A stretch of DNA of 64,000 nt from NCBI RefSeq assembly GCF_040938485.1, contig NW_027270935.1, forward strand, positions 992,001 through 1,056,000, given 5' to 3'. The notes under the pieces are model-generated. The model ran no database searches. It was given only the letters and a program-made list of their open reading frames with translations, and was not told the DNA's origin. The position numbers and the translations under genes are program-made. Source of the stretch: Diadema antillarum (taxonomy: Eukaryota). Each line of letters opens with the position of its first letter. The stretch's first letter is position 1. Below, one piece after another: positions 51,085-64,000 of this stretch.

Positions 51085-54000
51085 ATGCTCCATAGGCCCT
51101 GTGTATTAAGCAAAATGACGCTGCATCGAAGCCACGTGCCATTTTCAACCAAGTTTTTCGACGTGATGCCGGCCTCGTATGAAAAAATGGAGGGCACATT
51201 AACGATAGCCCAAAGTCTCAGCTACAACATACTAAAATCTGGGAAAAATTCACCGAAGCATAAGTGAGCTAATGCTCGAAAAAGATAGTCATGTCAATTT
51301 TCACTGCCAGAAAAACTGCTCTCCCATAGAGATAACACGTAAACTGGTCAAATTTGACAAGATTACATTTAATCCATTTTTACGAGGTGATGCCGCCATC
51401 CAATCAAAATGTTGTTATTACATTAATGAAAGAACATTTAATAAGCTACAACATACTGAAATCTGGGTGAAAATTGGCAAAGGATAAGTGAGATACGCCC
51501 AAGTAAACTTGAAAATTGATGACGTCATTTTGAAAATTTACTTTTTTTACTTTATTAAGAAATTTGATATCTTTGAATCACTTTTTCAGTATCGCCAACC
51601 CATAAACTGACATGTACAACTCATCAGCTTTCAGAATATGTAAAGAAAATTGGGGGTCACCGTCCATCCTGACGAGTAAAATCGGATTTAAAATTGGCGG
51701 TTTTGGGGCATTGTTGTACTGTATATCGCCATTGACGCGCGCGCGGAATTTCAACTTTGACAGTCCCGTATGACGTCATATTGAGTCGGATTGACTTGAA
51801 ACTTGCTAGAAATATTCCTTGACTTTTCAGACATCCGATAAATGTAAAAAATCGGGAAATTTCTGTTGCATATGAGCTGTACGTGCGTATATGTGCGCGC
51901 GCGTACGCGTCCGTCCAATTTTTTCAATTTTTCAAAAAATGCTCCAAATGGTCTGAAACGTATACAAAAAAAATTTGAGCTTGATTGGAGCATACAAATA
52001 TTTCAACGCGCGCGTACGCGCACGTCTTTACGATGCGAGGAATTCTGAAAATATGGGTAGAATTCCCTTGAATTGAAATTTATGTGACGTAAATTTCATT
52101 GAGAAATTCCACTCCATTAATGAGATATGATTGAAAATGTGTTTTCATATAATGACGTCATAGTGACGTCACGGTCGACTGATCACTACGATTTTACTTG
52201 ACATGTCGTCTTTGGGACATGATACACATATGGTATAAGTTTGACATTCATAGGCAATGCACTTTCTGAGCTAGTCTCTACACAACTTTTGCGGAGAAAT
52301 AAAGAAGAAGAAGAAGAAGAAGAAGAACTAGAGATTGTAATTTGTCATTACTGACAAATTAAGGTGATCCGATTTTTTTTTTCATCAATGATTCCAGTCC
52401 TGATCGCAATAGGCATGACCATACAGGTTTCGTCTGTTGTTAAAAACGTTGGCCGTGTGATGTTTGAATTCTCGTTTAGAAAAGGGAGTCATATCTGCCA
52501 TCTTTGGTACCAAATTCCGTATACACTAGATAACGAAGATACAACAAATACATATGACCTTTGACCCACCTTTACACTCGCAAGATGGCATCTGAGGAAA
52601 AGGTAGTTATTTTGTGAAATGATTCTTGCGACATCGTCTATACGTGTGCAAAATATGGGAAAGATAGGACAGGTATTCGCCAAGATACAAGATGAAACAT
52701 TTATGACCTTTGACCCTAATTTACATACCCAAGATGGTGTCCGATCAAGTAGTTGTTATTTTATAAAGTAATGTACGTGACATGAACTAAACATGTGCAG
52801 AATATGGGGGTGATAGGGCGTGTTTTTCTTGAGTTATTGCAAAGAAAGTTGATAGATAGCGCAAAGTCTCAGCTACAACATATTAAAATCTGGGAGAAAT
52901 TCACCGAAGGGTAAGTGAGCTAGTGCTCGATAAAGACAATCATGTCAATATTCACATTAAAAAAAATTCCCTCCCATAGAGATAGCACGTCATAACGAAG
53001 AAGTACATATGACCTTTGACCTCAATTTGGACAGACAAGATGGCATCTGAGTAAAAAGTGGTTATTTTGTGAAATGATCCTTGTAACATGGTCTTTGTGT
53101 TTGCGAAATATGGGAAAGATAGGACATGTATTCACTAAGATACAGGATGAAACACTTATGACCTTTGACCCTAATTTACATACCCAAGATGGTGTCCGAT
53201 CAAGGAGTTCTTATTTTATGAAATAATTCACGTGACATGAACTAAACATGTGCAAAATATGGAAGTGATAGAGTCCGTTTTTCTTGAGTTATTGCAAAGA
53301 AAGTTGCAGAAAGAAAGAAATATCTCAATACATCGAAGATAAGCCTGAATTTCAACCCAATTTTTTGAGGTGATTCTGACATCGTATGAAAAAACAAAGG
53401 GCACACTTACGGTAGCGTAAAGTCTCAGCTACAACATATTAAAATCTGGGAGAAATTTACTGAAGCTTAAGTGAGCTTGTGCTCGATAAAGATAGTCATG
53501 TCAATTTTCATTTCCAGAAAAACTGCACTCCCATAGAGATAACACGTAAACTGGTCAAATTTGACAATATTACTTTCAATCCATTTTTACGAGGTGATAC
53601 CGTTATCCAATCAAAATTTAATAATCTTATGTTTGAAAGAACATTAAATAAGCTACATCATACTGAAATTTGGGTGAAAATTGACAAAGGACTAGTGAGT
53701 TACGCTCGAATGAACTTGAAATTTGATGACGTCATTTTGAAAATTTACTTTTTTTACTTTATTAAGAAATTTGATATCTTTTAATCATTTTGTCAGCATT
53801 GCCAACCCATGAAATGACATGTACAACTCATAAGCTTTCAAAATATGTACAGAAAATGGGGGGTCACCGTCCACCCTGACGAGTAAAATCGCATTTAAAA
53901 TTGGCGGTTTTTTGGCATAGTTGCACTGTATATCGCCATTGACGCGCGCGCGGAATTTCAACTTTGACGGGCCCGTATGACGTCATATTGAGTCGGATTG

Positions 54001-55183
54001 ACTTGAAACTTCGTAGAAATATTCCTTGACATTTCAGGCAGCCGATAAGTGTGAAAAAACGGGAAATTTCTATTGCATATTAGCTGTGCGTGCGTATATG
54101 CGCGCACGCGTACGCGTCCGTCCGATTTTTTCAATTTTTTAAAAAATGCTCCAAATGGTCTGAAACGTGTCCAAAAAAATTTTGAGCTCGATTGGAGCAT
54201 ACAAATATTTTAACGCGCGCGTACGCGCACGTTTGAAGAGTACAGATGAATTTTGAGAACATGAGTAGAATCAACTTGATTCGAACTATATGTGAGGTAA
54301 ATTTCATAGAAAAATTCCATTCCATTAATGAGATATGAATGAGAATGTGTTTTCATATAATGACGTCATAGTGACGTCACTTTCGACTGATCACTATGAT
54401 TTTATTAGATCTGTCGTCTTTGGGACATGATACATATATGGTATAATTTTGACATTGATAGGATAAGGACTTTCTGAGCTAACCTCTACACAACATTTGA
54501 GGAGAAAGAACTTTTTTTTGTGACAACGGGAAGTTTAACACTAGAGATTGTAATTTGTCATTACTGACAAATTAAGGTGATCCGATTTTTTTTTTCATCA
54601 ATGATTCGAGTCCTGATCGCAATAGGCATGATGTTTGAATTCTCGTTTAGAAAAGGGAGTCATATCTGCCATCTTTTGTACCAAATTCCGTATACACTAG
54701 ATAACGAAGATACAACAACAAATACATATGACCTTTGACCCACCTTTACACTCCCAAGATGGCATCTGAGGAAAAAGTGGTTATTTTGTGAAATGATTCT
54801 TGCGACATCGTCTATACGTGTGCAAAATATGGGAAAGATAGGACAGGAATTCGCCAAGATACAAGATGAAACATTTATGACCTTTGACCCTAATTTACAT
54901 ACCCAAGATGTTGTCCGATCAAGTAGTTGTTATTTTATGAAATAATGTACGTGACATGTACTAGGCATGTGCAAAATATGGGATTGATAGCCATTGTTGT
55001 TGTTCATCTATTGCACAGAAAGTAGTAGAAAGAAGAAAAATAAAGAAAAAATTATGTTATTTTATAGAAATTTGAAGGAGAAGCATAAAAAAATCAGAAA
55101 AAGATAAAGTAAGGAAAGGGAGATTAAGATTAACTAAAGAAAAAGAAGAAAAAAAGTGTTTAAAAAAATTAAAAAAAAAATAT

Positions 55184-55253
55184 TGGCAGGAGTGAGCCTC
55201 GAACCAGGGACCTTAGGGTTACGAGTCGGATGCGCTACGCAATGACCTATTTC
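55184..55253 (-). pseudogene. Degenerate tRNA-like module (CGT anticodon position) in array unit 3
   Basis: Near-identical to 51015-51084: TAGGTCATTGCGTAGCGC, CTCGTAA, GGTTCGAGGCT, then a T run. Confidence 0.5.
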
Positions 55254-58200
55254 ATTCTCCATAGGCCCTGTGTATTAAGCAAAATGACGCTGCATCGAAG
55301 CCTCGTGCCATTTTCAACCAAGTTTTTCGAATTGATGCCGACATCGTATGAAAAAATGGAGGGCACACTTACGGTAGCGTAAAGTCTCAGCTACAACATA
55401 TCAAAATCTGGGAGAAATTTACCGAAGGGTAAGTGAGCTAGTGCTCGATAAAGATAGTCATGTCAATTTTCATTTCCAGAAAAACTGCACTCCCATAGAG
55501 ATAACACGTAAACTGGTCAAATTTGACAATATTACTTTCAATCCATTTTTACGAGGTGATGCCGTCCTCCAATCAAAATGTTGTAATTATATTAATGAAA
55601 GATCATTTAATAAGCTACAATATACTGAAATCTGGGTGTAAATTGGCAAAGGATAAGTGAGATACGCTCGAGTGAACTTGAAATTTGATGACGTCAATTT
55701 GAAAATTTACTTTTTTTACTTTATTAAGAAATTTGATATCTTTTAATCATTTTGCCAGCATCGCCAACCCATGAAATAACATATCCAACTCATCAACTTT
55801 CAGAATATGTAAAGAAAATGGAAGGTTACCGTCCATCCTGACGAGTAAAATCGGATTTAAAATTGGCGTTTTTTTGGCATCGTTGCACTGTATATCGCCA
55901 TTGACGCGCGCGCGGAATTTCAACTTTGACGGGCCCGTATGACGTCATATTGAGTTGGATTGACTTGAAACTTGGTAGAAATATTCCTTGACATTTTAGG
56001 CATCTGATAAATTTAACAAAACGGGAAATTTCCATTGCATATGAGCTGTGTGTGCGAATATGTGCGCGCGCGTACGCGTGCGTCCAATTTTTTCAATTTT
56101 TCAAAAAATGCTCCAAATGGTCTGAAACGTGTGCAAAAAAAATTTGAGCTCGATTTGAGCATACAAATATTTCAACGCGCGCGTACGCGCACGTTTTAAG
56201 AGAAAATATCAATTTTGAGAATATGAGTAGAATGCGCATAATTTGAAATGTATGTGACGTAAATTTCATTGCAAAATTCTATTCCATTAATGAGATATGA
56301 ATGAAAATGTGTTTTCATATAATGACGTCATAGTGACGTCACGATCGACCAATCACAATGATACAATAGATTTGTCGTCTTTGGGACATGATACATATAT
56401 GGTATGAGTTTGAAGTTGATACTCTGGGTACTTTCTGAGTACGTAGATACACAACTTTTGTCCAGAAATAAAGAAAGAAGAAGAAGAAGAACAAAGAATC
56501 CGTACAGATACAGAAGGTGATCCGAGAGGATACTCGGATCACCTAACTAGAACCGGAATTTGTCAACATTGACAAATTAGGTGATCCGATCTCTTCGAAA
56601 ATCAATGATTTGAGTCCTGATCCTAATAGGCATGACCATACCGGTTTCATTTGTGTCGAGGAGACATTGGCCGTGTGATGTTTGGATTCTCATTCAGAAA
56701 AGGAAGTCAGACTTGCCATCTTTGGTACCGAATTCCGTATCCACTAACAAAGATACAGAATGAAGTATATTTGACCTTTGACCCCACTTTGCACACCCAA
56801 GATGGCATCTGAGCAAAAAGTGGTTATTTAGTGAAGTGATTATTGTAACATGCCCTTTGCGTGTGCAAAATATGGGAAAGACAGGACATGTATTCACCAA
56901 GATACAGGATGAACAATTTGTGACCTTTGACCCTAATTTACCTACCCAAGATGGTGTCCGATCAAGTAGTTGTTATTTTATGAAATAATGTACGTGACAT
57001 GAACTAAACATGTGCAAAATATGGGGGTGATAAAGGCTGTTTTTCTTGAGTTATTGCAAAGAAAGTTTCAGAAAAAAAATCATAAAACATCGAAGATAAG
57101 CTTTAATTTCAACCAAGTTTTTTGACATGATGCCGACGTCGAATGAAGAAACGAATTGCACATTACGATAGCCCAAACTCTCAGCTACAACATATTAAAA
57201 TCTGGGAGAAATTCACTGAAGGGTAAGTGAGCTAGTTCTCGATAAAGACAACCATGTCAATTTTCACATCTAGAAAAATTCCCTCCCATAGAGATAACAC
57301 GTCATAACGAAGATAGAGGAAAGAAGTACATATGACCTTTGACTCCACTTTGCACAGACAAGATGGCATCTGAACAAAACGTGATTAATTTGTTAAATGA
57401 TTCTTGTAACATGGTCTTTGCGTGTGCAAAATATGGGAAAGATAGGACATGTATTCACCAAGAAACAAGATAAAACATTTATGACCTTTGACCCTATTTT
57501 ACATACCCAAGATGATGTCTGATCAAGTAGTTGTTATTTTATGAAATAATGTACGTGACATGAACTAAACATGTGCAAAATATTATGCTTATAGAGCTTG
57601 TTTTTCTTGAGTTATTCCAAAGAAAGTTGCAAAAAGAAAGGAATATCTCAATACATCGAAGATAAGCTTTAATTTCAACCAAGTTTTTAGACGTGATCCC
57701 GACATCAAATGAAAAAATAGAGGACATATTTACGATAGCCCAAAGTCTCAGCTACAACATATTAAAATCTGCGAGAAATTCACCGAAGCATAAGGGAGCT
57801 AGTGCTCGATAAAGATAGTCATGTCGATTTTCATTTCCAGAAAAACTGCACTCCCATAGAGATAACACGTAAACTGGTCAAATTTGACAAGATTACTTTA
57901 AATCCATTTTTACGAGGTGATGCCGTCATCCAATCAAAATGTTATTATTACACTAATGAAAGAGTATTTATTAAGCTACATCATACTGAAATCTGGGTGG
58001 AAATTGGCAAAGGATTAGTGCGATACGCTCGAGTGAACTCGAAACTTGATGACGTCATTTTGAAAATTTACTTTTTTTATTTTATTAAGAAATTTGTTAT
58101 CTTTTAATCATTTTTTCAGCATCGCCAACCCATGAAATGACATGTACAACTCATCAGCTTTCAGAATATAAAAAGAAAATGGGGGGTCACCGTCCATCCT

Positions 58201-61200
58201 GACGATTAATATCGGATTTAAAATTGGCGGTTTTTTGGCATTGTTGCACTGTATATCGCCATTGACGCGCGCGCGGAATTTCAACTTTGACGGGCCCGTA
58301 TGACGTCATATTGAGTCGGATTGACTTGAAACTTGGTAGAAATATTACTTGACATTTCAGGCATCCGATAAATGTAAAAAAACGGGAAATTTCAGTTGCA
58401 TATGAGCTGTGCGTGCGTATATGTGCGCGCGCGTACGCGTCCGTCCAATTTTTTCAATTTTTCAAAAATTGCTCCAAATGGTCTGAAACGTGTGCAAAAA
58501 AAATTTGAGCTCGATTGGAGCATACAAATATTTTAACGCGCGCGTACGCGCGCGTTTTAAGAGAAAATATGAATTTTGACAATATGAGTAGAATGCGCAT
58601 AATTTGAAATATATGTGACGTAAATTTCATTGAAAAATTCCATTCCATTGATGAGATATGTTTGAGAATGTGTTTTCATATAATGACGTCATAGTGACGT
58701 CACGGTCGACTGATCACTATGATTTTATTAGACCCGTCGTCTTTGGGACATGATACATATATGGTATAAGTTTGAAATTGATAGGAAGAACACTTTCTGA
58801 GCTAATCGATACACAAATTTTGTCCAGAAATAAAGAAAGAAGAAGAAGAAGAAGAAGAACACCCAACAAAGAATCCGTACAGATACAGAAGGTGATCCGA
58901 GAGGATACTCGGATCACCTAACTAGAACCGGAATTTGTCAACACTGACAAATTAGGTGATCCGATCTTTTCTGAAATCAATGATTTGAGTCCTGATCCAA
59001 ATATTCATGACCATACAGGTTTCATCTGTGTTTTGATTGGACATTGGCCGTGTGATGTTTGGATTCTCATTTAGAAATAGACCTGCTATCTTTGGTACCG
59101 AATTCCGTATACACTAGCGGAAATGCAGAATGAAGTATATTTGACCTTTGACCTCGCTTTGCACACCCAAGATGGCGTCTGAGCAAAAAGTGATTATTTT
59201 ATGAAATGATTCTTGTAACATGGTCTTTACGTGTGCAAAATATGGGAAAGATAGGACATGTATTCACCAAGATACAAGATGATACATTTATGACCTTTGA
59301 CCCTAATTCAAATACCCAAGATGGTGTCCGATCAAGTAGTTGTTATTTTATGAAATAATGAACGTGACATGAACTAAATATTTACTAAATATGGGGGTGA
59401 TAGGGTATATTTTTCTCGAGTTATTGCAAAGGAAGTTGCAGAAAGAAAGAAATATCTCAATACATCGGAGATAAGCTAATTTCAACCACGTTTTTTGACA
59501 TGATTCCGTCTTCGTATGAAAAACAAAGGGCACACTAGCTATAGCGCAAAGTCTCAGCTACAACATGTTAAAATCTGGGAGGAATTCACCGAAGGGTAAG
59601 TGAGCTAGTGCTCGATAAACACAATCATGTCAATTTTCACATCTAGAAAAATTCCCTCCCATACAGATAACACGTCATAACGAAGATACAGGAAGAAGTA
59701 CATATGACCTTTGACCCCACTTTGCACAAACAAGATGGCCTCTAAGCCAAAAATGGTTATTTTGTGAAATGATCCTTGTAACATGGTCTTTACGTGTGCA
59801 AAATATGGGAAAGATAGGACATGTATTCACCAAGATACAGGATAAAACATTTATGACCTTTGACCCTAATTTACATACCCAAGATGGTGTCTGATCAAGT
59901 AGTTGTTATTTTGTGAAATAATGTACGTGACATGAACTAAACATGTGCAAAATATGGTGGTGATAGGATATGTTTTTCTTGAGTTATTGCAAAGAAAGTT
60001 GCAGAAAGGAAGAAATATTTCAATACATCGAAGATAAGCTTCAATTTCAACCAAGTTTTTGGATATGATGCCGACTCCGTATGAAAAAACGAAGGGTATG
60101 AAAAAACGAAGGGCACACTTATGATAGCCCAAAGTCTCAGCTACAACATACTAAAATATGGGAGATATTCACCGAAGCATAAGTGAGCTAGAGCTCGATA
60201 AAGATAGTCATGTCAGTTTTCATTTCCAGAAAAAGTGCACTCCCATAGAGATAACACGTAAACTGGTCAAATTTGACAATGTTACTTTTAATCCATTTTT
60301 ACGAGGTGATGCCGTCATCCAATCAAAATGTTGTTAATATATGACTGAAAAACCATTTAATAAGCTACAATATATTGAAATCTGGACGAAAATCAATAAA
60401 AGAATAAGTGAGATACGCTTGAGTGAACTTAACATTTGATGACGTCATTTTGAAAATTTGCTTTTTTTTACTTTATTAAGAAGTTTGATATCTTTTCATC
60501 ATTTTTCCAGCATCGCCAACCCATGAAATAACATGTACAACTCATCAGCTTTCAGAATATGTAAAGAAAATGGGGGGTCACCGTCCATCCTGACGAGTAA
60601 ATTCGGATTTAAAATTGGCGGTTTTTTGGCATTGTTGCACTGTATATCGCCATTGACGCGCGCGCGGAATTTCAAATTTGAAGGGCCCGTATGACGTCAT
60701 ATTGAGTCGGATTGACTTGAAACTTGGTAGAAATATTCCTTGACATGTCAGGCATCCGATAAATGTAAAAAAACGGTAAATTTCTCTTGCATATGAGCTG
60801 TGCGTGCGTATATGTGCGCGCGCGTACGCGTCCGTCCAATTTTTTCAATTTTTCAAAAAATGCTCCAAATGGTCTGAAACGTGTGCAAAAAAAATTTGAG
60901 CTCGATTTGAGCATACAAATATTTCAACGCGCACGTACGCGCACGTTTAAAGAGAAAATATGAATTTTGAGAAATTGAGTGGAATGGGCATAACTTGAAA
61001 TATATGTGACGTAAATTTCATTGAAAAACTCCATTCCATTAATGAGATATGAGTGAGAATGTGTTTTCATATAATGACGTCATAGTGACGTCACGATTGA
61101 CCAATCACAATGATATATAAAATTTGTCGTCTTTGGGACATGATACATATATGGTACGAGTTTGAAGTTGATACTGTGAGTACTTTCTGAGTACGTAGAT

Positions 61201-64000
61201 ACACAAATTTTGTCCAGAAATAAAGAAAGAAGAAGAAGAAGAAGAAGAAGAAGAACAAAGAATCCGTACAGATACAGAAGGTGATCCGAGAGGATACTCG
61301 GATCACCTAACTAGAGATTGTAATTTGTCATTACTGACAAATTAAGGTGATCCGATTTTTTTTTATCAATGATTCGAGTCCTGATCGCAATAGGCATGAC
61401 CATACAAGTTTCATCTGTGTTTAGAGACATTGGCCGTGTTATGTTTGCATTGTCATTTAGCAAAGGGAGTCATATCTGCCATGTTTGGTACCAAATTTTG
61501 TATACATTATAACGAAGAGACAGCAACAAGAACATATGACCTTTGACCCACCTTTGCACTCCCAAGATTGCATCTGATGAAATAGTGGTTATTTTGTGAA
61601 ATGATTCTCGCGACATCGTCTATACGTGTGCAAAATGTGGGAAAGATAGGACAGGTATTCACCAAGATAGAAGATGAAACATTAATGACCTTTGACCCTA
61701 ATTTACATACCCAAGATGTTGTCCGATCTAGTAGTTGTTATTTTATGCAATAATGTACGTGGCATGAACTAAACATGTGCAAAATATGGGGGTGATAGGG
61801 CGTGTTTTTCTTGAGTTATTGCAAAGAAAGTTGCAGAAAGAAAGAAATATCTCAATACATAGAAGATAAGCTTTGATTTCAACCAAGTCTTTTATCGTGA
61901 TCCCGACTTCGTATGGAAAAACGAAGGGCAATTGAACGATAGCGCAAAGTCTCAGCTACAACATATTAAAATCTGGGAGAAATTCACCGAAGGGTAAGTG
62001 AGCTAGTGCTCGATAAAGACAATCATGTCAATTTTCACATTTAAAAAAAATTCCCTCCCATAGAGATAACACGTCATAACGGAGATACAAAAAGAAGTAC
62101 ATATGACCTTTGACCTCAATTTGCACAGACAAGATGGCATCTGAGTAAAAAGTAGTTATTTTGTGAAATGATCCTTGTAACATGGTCTTTTCGTGTGCAA
62201 AATATGGGAAGAGTAGGACATGTATTCACTAAGATACAGGATGAAACACTTATGACCTTTGACCCTAATTTACATACCCAAGATGGCGTCTGATCAAGTA
62301 GTTGTTATTTTATGAAATAATTTACGTGACATGAACTAAACATGTGCAAAATATGAAAGTGATAGAGGCCGTTTTTCTTGAGTTATTGCAAAGAAAGTTG
62401 CAGAAAGAAAGAAATATCTTAATACATCGAAGATAAGCTTGAATTTCAACCAAAATTTTTGACATGATCCCGACATCGTATGAAAAAACGAAGGGCACAC
62501 TTACGGTAGCGTAAAGTCTCAGCTACAATATAGTAAAATCTGGGAGAAATTTACCGAAGGGTAAGTGAGCTAGTGCTCGATAAAGATAATCATGTCAATT
62601 TTCATTTCCAGAAAAACTGCACTCCCATAGAGATAACACGTAAACTGGTCAAATTTGACAAGATTACTTTCAATCCATTTATACGAGGTGATACCGTTAT
62701 CTAATCAAAATTTTGTTATTTTGTGTTTGAAAGAACATTAAATAAGCTACAACATACTGAAATCTGGGTGAAAATTGACAAAGGACTAGTGAGATACGCT
62801 CGAATAAACTTGAAATTTGATGACGTCATTTTGAAAATTTACTTTTTTTACTTTATTAAGAAATTTGATATCTTTTAATCATTTTGTCAGCATTGCCACC
62901 CCATGAAATGACATGTACAACTCATCAGATTTCAAAATATGTAAAGAAAATGGGGGTCACCGTCCATCCTGACGAGTAAAATCGGATTTAAAATTGGCGG
63001 TTTTTTGGCATAGTTGCACTGTATATCGCCATTGACGCGCGCGCGGAATTTCAACTTTTACGGGCCCGTATGACGTCATATTGAGTCGGATTGACTTGAA
63101 ACTTGGTATAAATATTTCTTGACATTATACACATCCGATCAAAGTGAAAAAACTGGAAATTTAAATGGCATATGAGCTGTGCGTGCGTATATGCGCGCGC
63201 GCGTACGCGTCCGTCCAATTTTTTCAATTTTTCAAAAAATGCTCCAATTGGTCTGAAACGTGTGCAAAAAAATTTTGAGCTCGATTTGAGCATACAAATA
63301 TTTCAACGCGCGCGTACGCGCACGTTTTAAAGTAGAGATGAATTTTGAGAAAATGACTAGAATGAGCTTGACTTGAAATACATGTGACGTAAATTTCATT
63401 GAAAAATTCCATTCCATTAATGAGATATGATTGAGAATGTGTTTTCATATAATGACGTCATAGTGACGTCACGGTCGACTGATCACTTTGATTTTTGTTC
63501 GATTGTCGTCTTTTTGACACGATACATAAATGGTATAAGTTTGACATTCATAGACAATGCACTTTCTGAGCTAACCTCTACACAACTTTTGGGGAGAAAT
63601 AAAGAAAAAAAAGAAAGAATCAGTACAGATACAGAAGGTGATCCGAGAGGATACTCGGATCACCTAACTAGAGATTGTAATTTGTCATCACTGACAAATT
63701 AAGGTGATCCGATTTTTTTTTAATCAATGATTCGAGTCCTGATCGTAATAGGCATGACAATACAAGTTTCATCTGTGTTTAGAGACATTGGCCGTGTGAG
63801 GTTTGGATTCTCATTTAGAAAAGGGAGTCATATCTGCCATCTTTGGTACCAATTCTGTATACACTGAATAACGAAGATACAGCAACGAATACATATGACC
63901 TTTGACCCACCTTTACACTCCCAAGATGGCATCTGAGGAAAAAGTGGTTATTTTGTGAAATGATTCTTGCGACATCGTCTATATTCGTGTGCAAAATATG

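Larger units (their letters stand above)
50339..64000 (+). repeat. Head-to-tail array of six complete ~2.0-2.4 kb HINE/Helentron-like units plus the start of a seventh
   Basis: Unit starts (ACTAG...AATTTGTCA-N4-TGACAAATT...AGGTGATCCGAT) at ~50339, 52326, 54539, 56545, 58920, 61309 and 63666. Each has internal TGACCTTTGACC sub-repeats, a CG-rich block and usually an (AAG)n tail. The terminal hairpin AGGTGATCCGAG-AGGATA-CTCGGATCACCT occurs at 56515, 58890, 61279 and 63636. Confidence 0.9.

Noticed and set aside
51061-63702. Recurrent ORFs in the array (MLDKDSHVNF..., MLQSSSNFF..., MEWNFSMKF..., MIRVSSRITF...)
   Set aside because: They are translations of the repeat unit, with stops and frameshifts that differ between copies and no recognisable domain.

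Overview
This is AT-rich animal genomic DNA with spliceosomal introns; the repeat content suggests a marine invertebrate, which is a weak inference. From left to right: (1) the first coding exon of INTS7 (-) lies head-to-head with a complete 9-exon DTL/CDT2 gene (+, 1969-11044). (2) Seven 3' exons of WDR26 (-, 26459-19477) encode the WD40 part only and include one GC-AG intron; the LisH/CTLH exons are not in the window. (3) An intact two-gene unit that fits the AcademHP lineage of Academ DNA transposons: a 6-exon, 415-aa minimal RecQ-like helicase (+, 29279-34170) and an 11-exon, 1018-aa DUF6589-type putative DDE transposase with two PHD fingers (-, 46188-34173). Their stop codons are 2 nt apart. 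I could not find TIRs or TSDs for this unit by eye. (4) From about 50340 to the window end is a head-to-tail array of 2.0-2.4 kb units with Helentron/HINE-like ends; two units carry a tRNA-like module. Introns hold many MITEs, foldbacks and HINE-like elements. All gene models were spliced by hand with phase checks, and no database searches were run.
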